Assembly (NCBI GenBank): GCA_964016885.1
Contig: OZ024741.1
Span: forward strand, 64,666,001 to 64,730,000
Reading direction: 5' to 3'
DNA: 64,000 nt
DNA from: Eledone cirrhosa
Taxonomy: Eukaryota
Part shown: positions 30,425 to 42,399 of the stretch, in pieces
Layout: each line of letters starts with the position of its first letter
How positions within the stretch are numbered: the first letter of the stretch is position 1
The notes under the pieces: model-generated
What the model saw: only the letters and a program-made list of their open reading frames with translations
Databases searched by the model: none
Told to the model about the DNA's origin: nothing
Made by a program: the position numbers and the translations under genes

Positions 30425-30480
30425 CTCCCGGCGCCATTCAATCTCGCGAGATTTTCGCCCAGATTTTCGGACGAGAGCTG
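30425..30480. promoter_or_regulatory. CpG-rich core promoter with TCTCGCGAGA palindrome and YY1-like site
   Basis: TCTCGCGAGA at 30442-30451 (CGCG/BANP-type motif of TATA-less promoters); CGGCGCCATT at 30429-30438. Confidence 0.65.
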
Positions 30481-30784
30481 CATCATAATTATCGTCAATG
30501 GCAGCTGGAAGGAGACAAACAGCAACGATAGCCTCGTTCTCGCTCAAACAAGAAGAAGAAAAAAGGGGGCTGGAATAAAGGCAATTAAGCTCCACCCATT
30601 TCTTCTTTCTGTTTTCTTCATTTCTCTTTCTGTCTCATTTTCTCTCTTTCCTTTTAGATTCCTTCACTTGGTTACTTACTTTTCTTCTTTCTCTTTCTCC
30701 CTCCATTATAGTATCTGGACTTCTCTGTCCCTTAAATTTGTTGACCCTTTCTCTTTGTTGATTCTTCTCTTGTATATAAATATA

Positions 30785-31646
30785 TACGAGGAGAAAGCAA
30801 AATTTATCTACACTTTCGCCGAAACTTTCTTTAGGTTGGTCGCACCCTCTTCAGCGCTCGCATGCTAAAAGATGGTACTCTTGTGGTAAGGTAACCAAGG
30901 TTTGACCTTCATCGCTCCAGTTTTCTTTCTGCAAGTAAACATGGCCGCTCCACTGAGCTATGTACACCATCGAAGAACAGATCAGTGATCCGATTTCTCT
31001 GGGCTGAAGGTAAGCTTTCAGTGTAATACGAGGACCGCGCACTACCGCATAGAAATGTGTATGAATGGATCGAGATGTTTTAAAATGGCCGAACAAGCGT
31101 GAATCACTAAGATGGGGCGGGACGCCCATCAACATCCTCCACTGATGGGAAGATCTAACATGCTTGAGAGATGGCTCTGGCGAACCGATAAGTTGCATGT
31201 TCTCTGCAAATTAGTCATGGTTTTGCATACGAAATCGTCCACGTCAAGCTACGGACGAAGTGCAGGAAGCGCTCCAGAAATGGTTGCGCGACCAGCCGAA
31301 GAGCTCCGATGGAATAAGCAAGCTTGTCGCAATCTACAATATGGACCGCTGGAAGAAGTGCATTGAAAAACAAGGAGACGTGAAAAACAACATTGGTGTA
31401 ACTGTCTTCAAATATATCAATGAGGTTAAGGGTCAGTCAGCCTCCTGGTCCCGGTGGACAGGATGACATTACCCCGGCGGACGGCGAAAGAGACGCACTG
31501 GAACAGCCGCTCCAATAACAGTGAGTAAGGATGTGGTCCGGGGACCGAGAACGCCGGTCGATAAATGATGTAATTGCTCAATCCTTGCTTTCGTTTTAAT
31601 AAATTACAAGAACCAAAGTGCGTATAATCTTTTACTGCCCCTCTTA
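30785..31646 (+). mobile_element. Internally deleted mariner (Tc1/mariner) transposon remnant
   Basis: Fragments ...TIEEQ.SVIRFLWAEG, VYEWIEMF, GAGRPSTS, QISHGFAYEIVH, QKWLRDQPK and RWKKCIEKQGD; degenerate TACGAGG.../...CCCCTCTTA termini. Confidence 0.75.
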
Positions 31647-31740
31647 TATGTGTATATATATATATGTGTGTGTGTGTGTATATACATATATATGTGTGTG
31701 TGTGTGCATATAACATATATATTCTGTCATTACTAAACAA

Positions 31741-31823
31741 GTCCGACGAGCTTTTGATTCCAGAATCGGGCCCGATCGATACAGATCGAGCCATGAGCTG
31801 ATCAATCGCGAAACGCGCGTCAC
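31741..31823 (+). ncRNA. Hammerhead-like motif with branched, enlarged stem II
   Basis: GT-CCGACGA-GC-[TTTTGATT...GATCAATC]-GC-GAAAC-GCGC-GTC-AC; perfect palindromic stem III ACGCGCGT; GUC triplet; stem I only 2 bp. Confidence 0.55.
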
Positions 31824-32399
31824 ACATTAATCTAAACTATAATAAAGGAAGGTCTGCCGGACTGCGTACGGTTTTGTTTTGTTTTTATCCCGTTAGTAAA
31901 ATAAGTTGGATTACTTTGAATAACTAATGAATGAATATTACATAATTTATCTACTAAATTTCGTAAAAATAAATAATTTAAAATTGACTTCTTTTCAAAG
32001 TTGCACTTCCGGTATATCGTTGCCACCACCACCACTTCAACTACTATATATATAGAGAAAGAGAGAGTGTGTGATGTCAACGCTTCCGTGGCGATCACTT
32101 AAATAAACATACTAATTTTCTGTCACTAATTCTTTCTTAATGCAGTTTATATATAATATCGTCTTTTTTTAATGTATCATGGATTTCGTTACTGATTACA
32201 TAAGACAATGTAACAACGTCTTCGTTCAATTTCTGTTTATATTGTCAATTACAATTTTATTTGATGTATCATATCTACATGTATATATACTTGCGTATAA
32301 TATCAATATACACACTACACCCGAAGGGTGGGTTTTCTGCTAGTAAATGTAATGAAGATGTAACACCTCGTCCTTTTTATTATATATATATATATATTC

Positions 32400-34230
32400 G
32401 CCCGCATTCCTCCACCTCTGATACCAGCTCAAAGCGTTTATACGACTGGGCACACGCCAAACTCATCAAGGGTGATCTCGGTTGCCGTCTCTACCCCTCC
32501 GAGGAGATCTTGGCTGCTCTCCTGCTCAAACCCATGCACCCACCTGACCCATAACCGCTATAGATGGCCTCCGAGGAGGACATCATCTCTGTTCTGAGGT
32601 ATTTCCCTGTCAGCAGCAGTAGTACCGATGGTCTCTGACCTGGCCACCTTGGTGACTTGTTGCCTCCCCCCTCCCCTCACTGCCGAACGCCACCTGCTGA
32701 GCGCTATTGTGACCCACATTATCAGGTTCATTCACAGCACTCTAGACCCTTATTCTCGAGGCCTCATCTTTTCGGCCTGCTTCACCACTCTCAGGAAGAA
32801 AGACGGTGGAATACGCCCCATCGCGGTTGGAAATCTGTTTGTTTGTCGCACCTGAACTAGGCAAAGAACTCGGCCCAGTGAAGCTAGGCGTCGACATGGC
32901 CAGCAAGTGTGAGGAGGCTACCCACGCCGCTAGACAGTTCTTCAATGACTGTTCTCTCGAGCCGGCGTTGAGTGATTCCAGGTATGTCTTCGTCAAGCTT
33001 GACATGAGAAATGCCTTCAACTGTCTGCGCGGAGACTACTTACCTCAGCCATTGCCTACCTGCCATACGGGTCTCCGAACACGTTCCTCAATGAGGACAA
33101 GGTCATGTAATCTCCAACAAGGCGATCCATTTGGCCTCCTCTTATTCGCTCTCGGGTTAGACAACGTTGCTCGGAGCATCACCGCTCCTCTCCTCGACGT
33201 CGGGTACTTGCTTAGACGATGCGACGATAGGCGGGCCCGCAGAGAATGTGTGCCACGATCTCCGATCAGTGGTTTTGAAAGAGAAACTGCAAAATTAACT
33301 CATCCAAGTCGTGAGTCGTAAACATCAATTACGACGCAGAAGACTTCGCGGCCTCCGTACCGGATGTGCAATCATCATTCCATCGGGTGTAGCTGACCTC
33401 CAATACACAATAATTTCATTATTATTATTGAGATGTTCTCATCCTCTGTTCACCGATCCTCCCGCCTGCCATTCGCTCCATCCTCAGGTCCAGGCCTCGC
33501 CATCTAGAAACTTTGACGGACCGACTGAACTCGATTGACGCCCAGCCGGCACTCTTTGTGTTAAAGAATTGCTTCGTCATGCTGAAGCTCCTGTATACTT
33601 TCCGCAGTGTCCCCTACTACAGTCAAGCGTCTCTCCTGAGGAGATATGCAACGTCCGGTTTGATGAAACCGGATGGTAACAGACCACCTTATCCGTCAGA
33701 TATTGTGGCCTCGGTCTCTGATCTCTAATCTCACTAGCCCGGCCGGCTTTTTCTTTCGTCGGTAACCTCTTGCCATGTTCTCATCAACAGGATTCTCTAC
33801 AACGGAATTGAACCTACTGTGATTGGGGAACGCGAGGCGACCTACGCGATATGGAACCAGCTGAACCGAGGCGAGGGCAATGGGCCAGACGACATGACAA
33901 TCTTCCCTTTTCGCGGGGGTAGGCCCCTCATCTGGGATGTCACATTTTGTGACACCTTCTCTAGCGGCAACCAACACAGGCTTCGCTGCTCGCCAGGCGT
34001 TTAAGAGGGCAGGCTGTCTAAGTATCAGTCGCTCTTTGATGGGTTTATGGTTGAACCTGTGGCAGTGGAGATTTCCGGCATTTTGGGCCCCCTCACCACA
34101 TCCCTGCTCACTGCTATCAGAGCGGTATTAGCTACCGGCAAGGTGGAGGGGTTGTTCCAAGGTGTCTCCCTAGCCGTACCCCGGAAATGTCTTCTCTATC
34201 CTGTCGGCCGGGACCACGAAGCTGACTGAC
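32400..34230 (+). pseudogene. Decayed CRE-clade (RLE-type) non-LTR retrotransposon
   Basis: KKDGGIRPIAVG, KLDMRNAFN, QQGDPFGLLLFAL and PDDMTIFPFRGGRPLIWDVT (RLE) across several frames. Confidence 0.8.
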
Positions 34231-34449
34231 CCGTTTCATTTATGTGGAATAGATTTGTTTCCATAAGCATGAGTAGGTTGAGAAACGAAACATATACACA
34301 CATTCCTATACCTGCTTATTAGGATATTAGTCTCCAAACACTCACCCATCGTAGTTGTTTCACTATCATATATTCTTATATACGTCATATCCTCTAATCC
34401 CTTAAATGTTTAATTATGTACTCGGAAGAAAGATAATTATATATATCAG

Positions 34450-34484
<35 letters not shown>

Positions 34485-35871
34485 AATAATTGTTTCTACT
34501 TTTGGCACAAGGCCAGCATTTCTCCAGTGAATTACTGGTGCTTTATTTTATCGACCTCGTAAGGATGAAAGGCAAAGTTGGACCTACCAATAATGAAGAA
34601 TTTTTATTACTTTACATGGATTTCTCTTGATAAACATATAATAAATATTTTCACGTTTTTATATACATGCATATGTCATTGTCTTATGAATAATTTGTAT
34701 TTTTGATGAACATTTATGAAACTCATTTAAAATTGGGTATACATTCAATATATTTGTAGAGTAAAAAAAAATGTATTGCATGTATTTTAATGCATAATCA
34801 CTATATGTGACTGATAGTATTCCATCTTATTGTCTCTGTCTGTCTGCATCCTTCTTTCTCTCTGTCTGGCTACTTCCATTCCTCTTTGGTTATATCTTAT
34901 ATTCCTTCTATCTGCCTGCATATCTCCCTGGCATGCAATGTTGGTTCGGTTGCATTCGTCTATTTTAAATCTTAATTTCTTCTTTCGTTTCTGTAGCGTT
35001 CATATACTGCTTACCCCTTTACTATCTTAACCATATGTGCTGTATTTTTAATGAAATAGTTTCTATTAAAGCATAAAACAATACAATTCACGTTTTAATT
35101 TTTTTCATTATTAATATTTTTCTGATATTTACAACAATCATAGTTTCATTACTAAGACAGTAACTTAACATACGGTTCTTATATAAAATCATGTTGGAAA
35201 ATTTTAATTTAAATAGGAACCCTTTAAAATGAGTGGTTTTATTTCTTAGAACCAGGGCCGAATTAGTATTGAAAAAGTTAATTATTCAATATCTTACAGG
35301 TGACAATTTTGTATTTTGACAGTGATAGTTAAAAACTTTCTTTTAATTAATGTATAGCAAATTTATATAAATTATTAAAAGATTGACAATAAAACAGAAA
35401 GTAATAAGAAAAGAAAAAAAGGCGAGAGAAGACACAATCACGCGTTTTTTTGTTTTTTTTTTCTTTTTTGTAAACGATTTTTAAAAACATGTTAACTTCT
35501 TTATTGAAAATAGTCGTACTCATATAAAGTTCTGCTAGTACATGGCATATTTACAGGAATGCATACATGGTCCCATTACTTCAGATGGAGTCGTAGGGGC
35601 GCCATATTGACATACAGCGTTTCTAGGGCATTTTAAAACCTAATGGAGCCCATCCCTCTCCAGGTCTGAACACAGTAGATTTCTTCCTGAGAAGGATAGA
35701 GAGTGAGAGAAACGAAGTGGGAGAGATATAGAGGAAGAATTGACCTCTACTGGACTGGTACTTTTTTTAACTACCTTGAATGGATGAGAGACAAAGTTGA
35801 CCTCGGTGGCATTTGAACTTAAAGATCAGAGGGCCGAAACGAATACCGCAAAGCATTCTAATACAGTCACC

Positions 35872-35944
<73 letters not shown>

Positions 35945-36229
35945 ACTCTCAAGAGCGTGAAACTAATAAACCTTTGTTCGTACTGTCTTTCTGTTTTGTT
36001 CCGGTTCAATTTTTTACTATATATATATATATTTCGTTTCTGAATTTGTTTAGCAAGATTCTTTATCTGAAATCGTGTGTTGAAACCGATATTGTTATAC
36101 TTTGGGAGGGTCATGTTGCCAATAAGAAACACACGCACCAGTTGCTTTCACTTCAATTTATTATTATAATAAATTTATAAATTTCTGGTTGGTTGGTTGG
36201 TTCCACAACCAGATAGTTGTTTATATATT

Positions 36230-36272
36230 GTCATAGTTCTTTCGTCACACACTCTGTGACCTCTTCAGTGAC
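36230..36272 (-). ncRNA. Minimal type I hammerhead motif (left arm)
   Basis: GTCA-CTGAAGA-G-GTCACA-GAGTG-TGTGAC-GAAAG-AA-CTA-TGAC; CUA triplet. Confidence 0.7.
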
Positions 36273-36398
36273 TGGGATTCCTTTCTGTGTTTCTGTGCCT
36301 CTCCTTTGTTCTGTCCTACGCCATTTTGTTTCTGTGTGTGTGTTGTGTGCGTAGGACAGAACAAAGGAGAGGCACAGAAACAAAGAAAGGAATCCCCA

Positions 36399-36441
36399 GT
36401 CACTGAAGAGGTCACAGAGTGTGTGACGAAAGAATTATGAC
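36399..36441 (+). ncRNA. Minimal type I hammerhead motif (right arm)
   Basis: GTCA-CTGAAGA-G-GTCACA-GAGTG-TGTGAC-GAAAG-AA-TTA-TGAC; canonical CUGANGA/GAAA core; stem I GTCA/TGAC. Confidence 0.7.
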
Positions 36442-36559
36442 AATATATAAACAACTATTTGGTTGTGGAACCAACCAACCAGAAATTTATTATAATAAAT
36501 TGAAGTGAAAGCAACTGGTGCGTGTGTTTCTTATTGGCAACATGACCCTCCCAAAGTAT

Positions 36560-36602
<43 letters not shown>

Positions 36603-36855
36603 TATATATATATTATGAAGAGAGAAGAAACATTTAGATATAATTAGTAATAAAATGTATCATACCTAAACTTCTCTCTTCATAATGTATTTTTAACTCT
36701 GATACTGGTTCAGTCTGGTTCAAACTGAATTAGTCTGTCCCAGTCATTCATTGAGCAACATCGGTGAAGTTGGCACCCTGAACTCACAGTTGGGTGCGGA
36801 TGCATTCATGTATATATGTGTGTGTCCGCATGTATCTGTGTGTTTCTAAATATAT

Positions 36856-36895
<40 letters not shown>

Positions 36896-36898
36896 CGT

Positions 36899-37220
36899 TA
36901 AGTATTTACGTAGAAAAGGAGATCGTCTAGTTTCTTGAAACCTTTGGTAATGGAATAATTATATTGTGTTTTTTATTATGTAATTAAACACACACACATC
37001 TATATATATATATTATATTGTGTTGTTTATTATGTAATTAAAAACACACACACATATATATATATTATATATATATATATATTATAAATATATATATATA
37101 TATGTGTGTGTTTGTGTGTATATGTGTGTGTGTGTTTAATTACATAATAAACAACACAATATAATTAATCCATTATCAAAGGTTTCAAGAAATTAGACGA
37201 TCTCCTTTTCTACGGAAATA

Positions 37221-37224
<4 letters not shown>
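36899..37224. repeat. Inverted repeat (~90 bp arms) around a TA/CA microsatellite
   Basis: CGTAGAAAAGGAGATCGTCTAGTTTCTTGAAACCTTTG... versus ...CAAAGGTTTCAAGAAATTAGACGATCTCCTTTTCTACG. Confidence 0.85.
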
Positions 37225-37294
<70 letters not shown>

Positions 37295-38868
37295 TATATA
37301 TGACAAGCTTTTGAATAGTTTAAATCTATCAAATTTCACTCCAAAGGCATTGGTCAACCCAAGGGTACAGTAGAAGGTGCCACACAGTGGAACTGGGTCA
37401 GAAACCACATTCTTGTGAAGTAATTGTGGCAATCTTTACTACACAGCCATACATTATTCTGAAAATTGGCTAGGAGTCTTAAACTGCACAAACCATGGAT
37501 GCATTTTTGTGTAGTTTACTGACAAAAGGCAGTGATAAGCTATCTTCTGTGGAGTATGATAATGTATTTATCCAAATTTAGTTATGAGTAGCTCTAATTC
37601 TTGAAGGACCAAAGTAAATATGAAATTTACCACTCACACCTTTCAACCTCACACTTTTAGAGTTGTAGTTCGTTATCATTTAGCAATTCATTTATTTGAT
37701 TCTTCAGCTGAATAGGAGGTACTAAAACAAAAATGGTCATGAAGAAAAACCAACATAAAAATCATCAGCAGAAGTTATATTCAAAAACAGGGTTTCGAGA
37801 CAGCAAATGAAGTTTCAGTTATTGAGGTAAAAGAAAAAAAAGTTTCACCTTCAGCCAATTCAAGGCGAAAATTACATAAAGATTGGATTAATAAGTAAAC
37901 AATTATACCTCAATTATACTACGATCTTTGCAAAACAGAAAATACAGAAAAGGAAAGATTCTGGTATAAGATGTATAGAATCTGTAAAAAAAAGTTTGAC
38001 ACAGTCAAATAAATTAAATAGTAGGTTGCGATAGAATATATAAATGTAACTTATCAAATGTATTCATTAGTCTTGTAATGTTTGTGGAAAATAAACAAAT
38101 AATGCTATTCGAATGAGGCATCGAGAGAAGTTCACCCGCTGAGCGCAGTTTTCCTAGACGGTCACTCCGCTTGTTACAGACTGCGCATCAACATGAGATG
38201 TTATTTTCCACAAACTTCGATTACCAACAGCAGAGTTTAAAGAGAAAATGTCGATAAAATAAAGTACTAGTAATACACTGGGATAATTGCTGGCCTTGTG
38301 CCAAAAGTAGAAACAATTATTAAGCCAGCGTTTTGGCTGTCGACATTTGCTTCTCTTACCAGCTAACCTTCCTTCTCGTTCTTTCCCTTTTTCTTTTTTT
38401 TAACAGTTAACATATATTTAAACAGAGTGGCAAACTAATGCCATGCGAGTGAAGCAACTAGTAGCGTAGCATTAAACAAAAGGGAGATGAAATCTGAACG
38501 TAAACGGCAATAATTAAATACCTCTGACTCTATATAAAAGGAAAAAAAAATTTTTTTTTCAGATGACTACAGCTTCGAATTAAAGGCATACATGACTTTT
38601 AGCGGTCTGAAAAATGAAAGTAAATTTATTTTCATTTTCAACGTCATGAAAATGAAACTACATTTATTGTCATTAATTATTTTCATTTTCGATTGTAATG
38701 TTGATACTGTCCGTTCTGTTATTGCTTGATTCAAGCCATAACAAAACGGACTGGGGGTCATAAAAAGGGCAGAGAATGAGAACGGATTGGGGTCAGAAGG
38801 GCAGAGAATAGTCTTTATTTAAAACAAAGCACCACAGGGCATGATTTTACTACAATCTCATATCAAAT

Positions 38869-39870
38869 ATGTCTGGACGAGTGTATGGTCGCATTACCGT
38901 AGCTAATGATCTTTTCGATTCAAATGATATACTTAATCATAATGAAACCATGTTGGCGAGACGGCGTTTGTTGGCAAACAGTGTCAATTGTCCTGTTTGT
39001 AATGAGGCGTGCCGATTGCACCGATATTCTGCGGTTGTCGATAAATGGAGATGGCGATGCAACCGCGACAAATTCAGTCAATCGGTGCGACGGAATTATT
39101 TTTTCGATCGAAGCCATGTGCGACTGGATCACATTATTGTTATTATATATCAAATGCCGCCGAGGTTAACTTTGCCTTTCATCCTTACAGGGTCGATAAA
39201 ATAAAGTACCAGTAATACACTGAGATAATTGGTGGCCTTGTGCCTTGCTGGCCTTGTGCCAAAAATAGAAACAATTATTGTTATTATATACATGTGGTGC
39301 TATGATCAGGCACAAGTTCAGATCATTAGAGAAACGGGACTCTCCGCACGGACAGTTATAACTGGTGCCATTTCATTAGGGAAGTTTGTGAGCAGTATTT
39401 GGAGGCTTCGATGACAATTTTGAGTCGATCATTGTAGAAATCGACGAATCGAAATACTTCCATAGAAAGTATCATCGTGGCCAGTGGAGACAAGGCCACT
39501 GGGTCTTCGGCACTGTTGAACGCCATTCTGGACGCTGCTGCCTTGTAGAAGTCCCAGATCGAAGCCGTCAGACAGCCGCATCATCTCCGATGGTTGGGCT
39601 TCCTATTCGGAAATTGAAGCAATTGACGGTGGTATTTACCTACATTATGTTGTGGTGCACCAACGGAACTTTGTAGATCCTGCGGACCCTGATGTGCACA
39701 CACAACTCATAGAGAACACGTGGAGCCGTGCGAAGAAGCTTCGTCGCCAGTATGGGACCAGCAATCCTTTATTCCCCTCATATCTAGCTGAATTTCTTTG
39801 GCGGCAGAGAGTTGGTGTCAACAAGTTTGGCGAAATGCTAAACTGTATTGGAGCTATTTACAGGGTGTAG
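38869..39870 (+). pseudogene. Merlin DDE transposase pseudogene
   Basis: Motifs split over several frames and interrupted by a SINE. Confidence 0.85.
39150..39273 (+). mobile_element. 5'-truncated SINE family B inserted in the Merlin transposase
   Basis: 17-bp TSD ATTATTGTTATTATATA at 39133-39149 and 39274-39290. Confidence 0.9.
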
Positions 39871-40199
39871 TAAAGATTTTTCTAAGGTTGGTAAATTTAA
39901 ATTTTATATGCAACAAACGTTTAAATATGTAATTTTTTTCAACACACAACAGTTTAAATATGTAATTTTTTTCAATACACACAGAACGGACAGTATCAAC
40001 AACAATAATGACAATAAATGTAGTTTCATTTTCATAACGTTGAAAATGAAAATAAATTTACTTTCATTTTTCAGACCGCTAAAAGTCATGTATGCCACAA
40101 ATATGTTTTAAATATATATACATAAATAACATTACAAATGCTTAGACAACATTATAAATTGCTCACGATTCTTTCAGAAAGATATATTCTTTTAATGTT

Positions 40200-41850
40200 A
40201 CAATATTAAAGAAAATGTAAAGGAAGGGGTGAACAACGGAGCCAACACCAGAGCAAAAGACAGCAACGAGGAGTACTGGGCAACCTCTCTAATGATTTTT
40301 GAGGCAAGCCAGCACACTCGCAGCGTTGCCTCGGGTGATGCGCTGAAACAGTCAAGCGCCCTCGCGAGATTCGCCAGTTACCTCTTTAACAGTATTGGTT
40401 ATAGAGTAGTCGCCACTTTAGCAGGGTGGTAGAATCAGTGGTCGTTACTTTAACAGGGTAGATGATTGAAGGTCGTTAGTTGCCAGTGTGGTAAGTGATA
40501 GTATCCTCGTTGGATTATCTTGTTGACATAGACGTGAGGGAAGGTCCCTCGATCCATTTACCATCTATTTACAATATTCCTTTCGTCAGGTCGCCAATTC
40601 CAGCCGCATGGATTATAGATGTTATTGTGACACGAGTAACATAATAACGATTTCAACAGCAGCAATTAGAGATGAAATGTCTGTTTATTTATATGGTTGA
40701 AGTTACAGATAAAAAGAGGTTACAAAAGGGAATGTGCCATTGCGCCGTTAAGCCGGCGAGGCTAGGGGTGCAATATCTCGCTGTTACATTATGCGTGTTG
40801 CTGGCTCGAAGTTTCTGGTACAAGAGAGAGATTCTTTAAATCTTCGCGGGGAATTTCTTATTCAGGGCGCGTAGGGATACATCCTCTTCTACTGGCGCTG
40901 ATTGGCTGAACTGAGCCAAATCACGCACAGAGAATGTATGTGAGCCCACGGAATGTAGGTCACTACACCTCTATTAGGCGAGCCGCCAGTGAAGAGAGGA
41001 ACCTCGCAGCCAGCGGCCCGACTCCCCCAAACGTCTCGAAAGCCACAGGCTGAAAAATGTAGCTGGCCGACAGATCAGAGTATTTGAGGGTCTTACTCTG
41101 CTCGGCTGCGGAAGCTGTGGTTCTCGTCCTAACCGCAGCATCCAGGATGTGGGAAAAAGCAAAAGAGTCACTAACAGTGACCTCCCAGACAAGGCACCTG
41201 CCTCTCGACCAGGGGCACAGGGTAAGGCCGTCAGGTCTTTTGCCGTCATTTCTGGACAACCCAGATGGTTCCAGGACTGGGGGGATATTCGCCCGGACCA
41301 AAGCTCTCTCCAGAATGAGGTTTAGCTCCGTGTGACACGCGAAGCCGCCGGCATTCAGGCGGCAAGAAAGACCGTGGAGTCGAGGAGTTTGCTGCATCGG
41401 CACCTCAAATCCATGCATACGTCAGCTCTCACTCTGAGGGCGATGGAGACATGAAGTTCGTCCAGGCTGAGTAGGCCACCAACGTTGGCCACGGGTAAGG
41501 CATCAACCCAGTCTCCTGAGTATTTGGCGCTGGCAGATAGTAAGCGGCACCTTGCAAACTGATCTGACTGGACGAAGAGGGAGTCGAAGGTGGCCTTCGA
41601 ACTTATGCTGTCCCAAGTTCTCTGACTTCGATTGTCCTCCACCTTCTCAGGAAGAGACAAGCCCAACTCACTCCATTGCTGGAGAGCTTCACCCGACTCC
41701 CTGTTGTAACTAGTCCATGTTGGAGAGGAGAGGATGCTGCTCACCAGGGTGGACCAAGCGTGGGTGGAGGAAAGGAAGCAGGAGAGAGAGAAAACTTACG
41801 AAGCCCAAGACTCCCAAATCGCTTGGGCAACGCAGCCTAATCGCGGGACT
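40200..41850 (-). pseudogene. CRE-clade LINE 3' fragment (RLE domain), split by an insertion
   Basis: HGLSC, RNDGKRPDGLTLCPWSRGRCLVWEVT, FQPVAFETFG, and RLIE|VTGESREGA.LFQRI..RGNAASVL. Confidence 0.85.
40386..40967 (-). mobile_element. Solo-LTR-like insertion (582 bp) with 5-bp TSD
   Basis: TSD CCTCT at 40381-40385 and 40968-40972; minus strand starts TGTAGTG and contains AATAAA; removing it restores the CRE frame. Confidence 0.65.
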
Positions 41851-42399
41851 CTGGTGAGAGTCTAACATTAACCTTCGAAACGTTAAGAACATACCCGAAA
41901 AGATATATATCCACCACAATGCATCTATACAGAGAGATAAAGCAGATATAAAACAGAATACTTTATATTTCTGGTAATGATCTAAGAAAATATAGCACAC
42001 TTGGTTCGTCATGCTGGATCGAGATGGTTCACTTTACTGATTTATCAGGTGTTTCCGCATGAGTGCTTGGTTATTCCAGCTCCTTAGCCTCGCTATCACC
42101 TGCGGCAAAATTTATTAGAGTACATCTCTAGGAGTCCTTGTGGCATGTGATTCAGTGTGCAGGTACTCACGGTTGGGCATGTCAATCCTGTTCACACAAG
42201 AGCTGGAACGAATATCGCGAAGCATTCTCTCCGACGTTCTAACGACTCTGCCAATTCATCGCGGTATTGAGGTAATGTTTCTTTAAAACCTGGATAACGG
42301 TACGTCCAGTATTGCAATATATTTTATCTATTTATTCATTCAATGCTCAGGGGGGGGGGGGATGTATTATAACTTCTTCTCCCTGTATAGTTTATGAGC

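Larger units (their letters stand above)
36089..36567. repeat. Fold-back inverted repeat (arms ~233/219 bp, 27-nt spacer 36322-36348)
   Basis: Arms are reverse complements with small indels; right end abuts (TA)n. Confidence 0.95.
38585..40096 (+). mobile_element. Merlin (IS1016/ISXO2-like) DNA transposon, defective
   Basis: TIRs of ~90 bp (extending to ~135 bp with an indel) starting GGCATACATGAC; transposase fragments CPVC, IVEIDESKYFHRKYHRG, WVFG, IISDGWASY, HQRNFVDP, HTQLIENTW and YLAEFLWR; no TSD seen. Confidence 0.9.

Noticed and set aside
29379-30531. Plus-strand ORFs over the CT-rich and promoter region
   Set aside because: Low-complexity translations; the credible frame is the minus-strand exon 30210-30082
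38080-38215. 15-bp inverted repeat enclosing a short 5S-rRNA-like stretch
   Set aside because: The similarity is too short and degenerate to call 5S or SINE3
42000-42375. Poly-G tract followed by TGT as an LTR-retrotransposon PPT/LTR start
   Set aside because: No recognisable pol motifs or LTR end found
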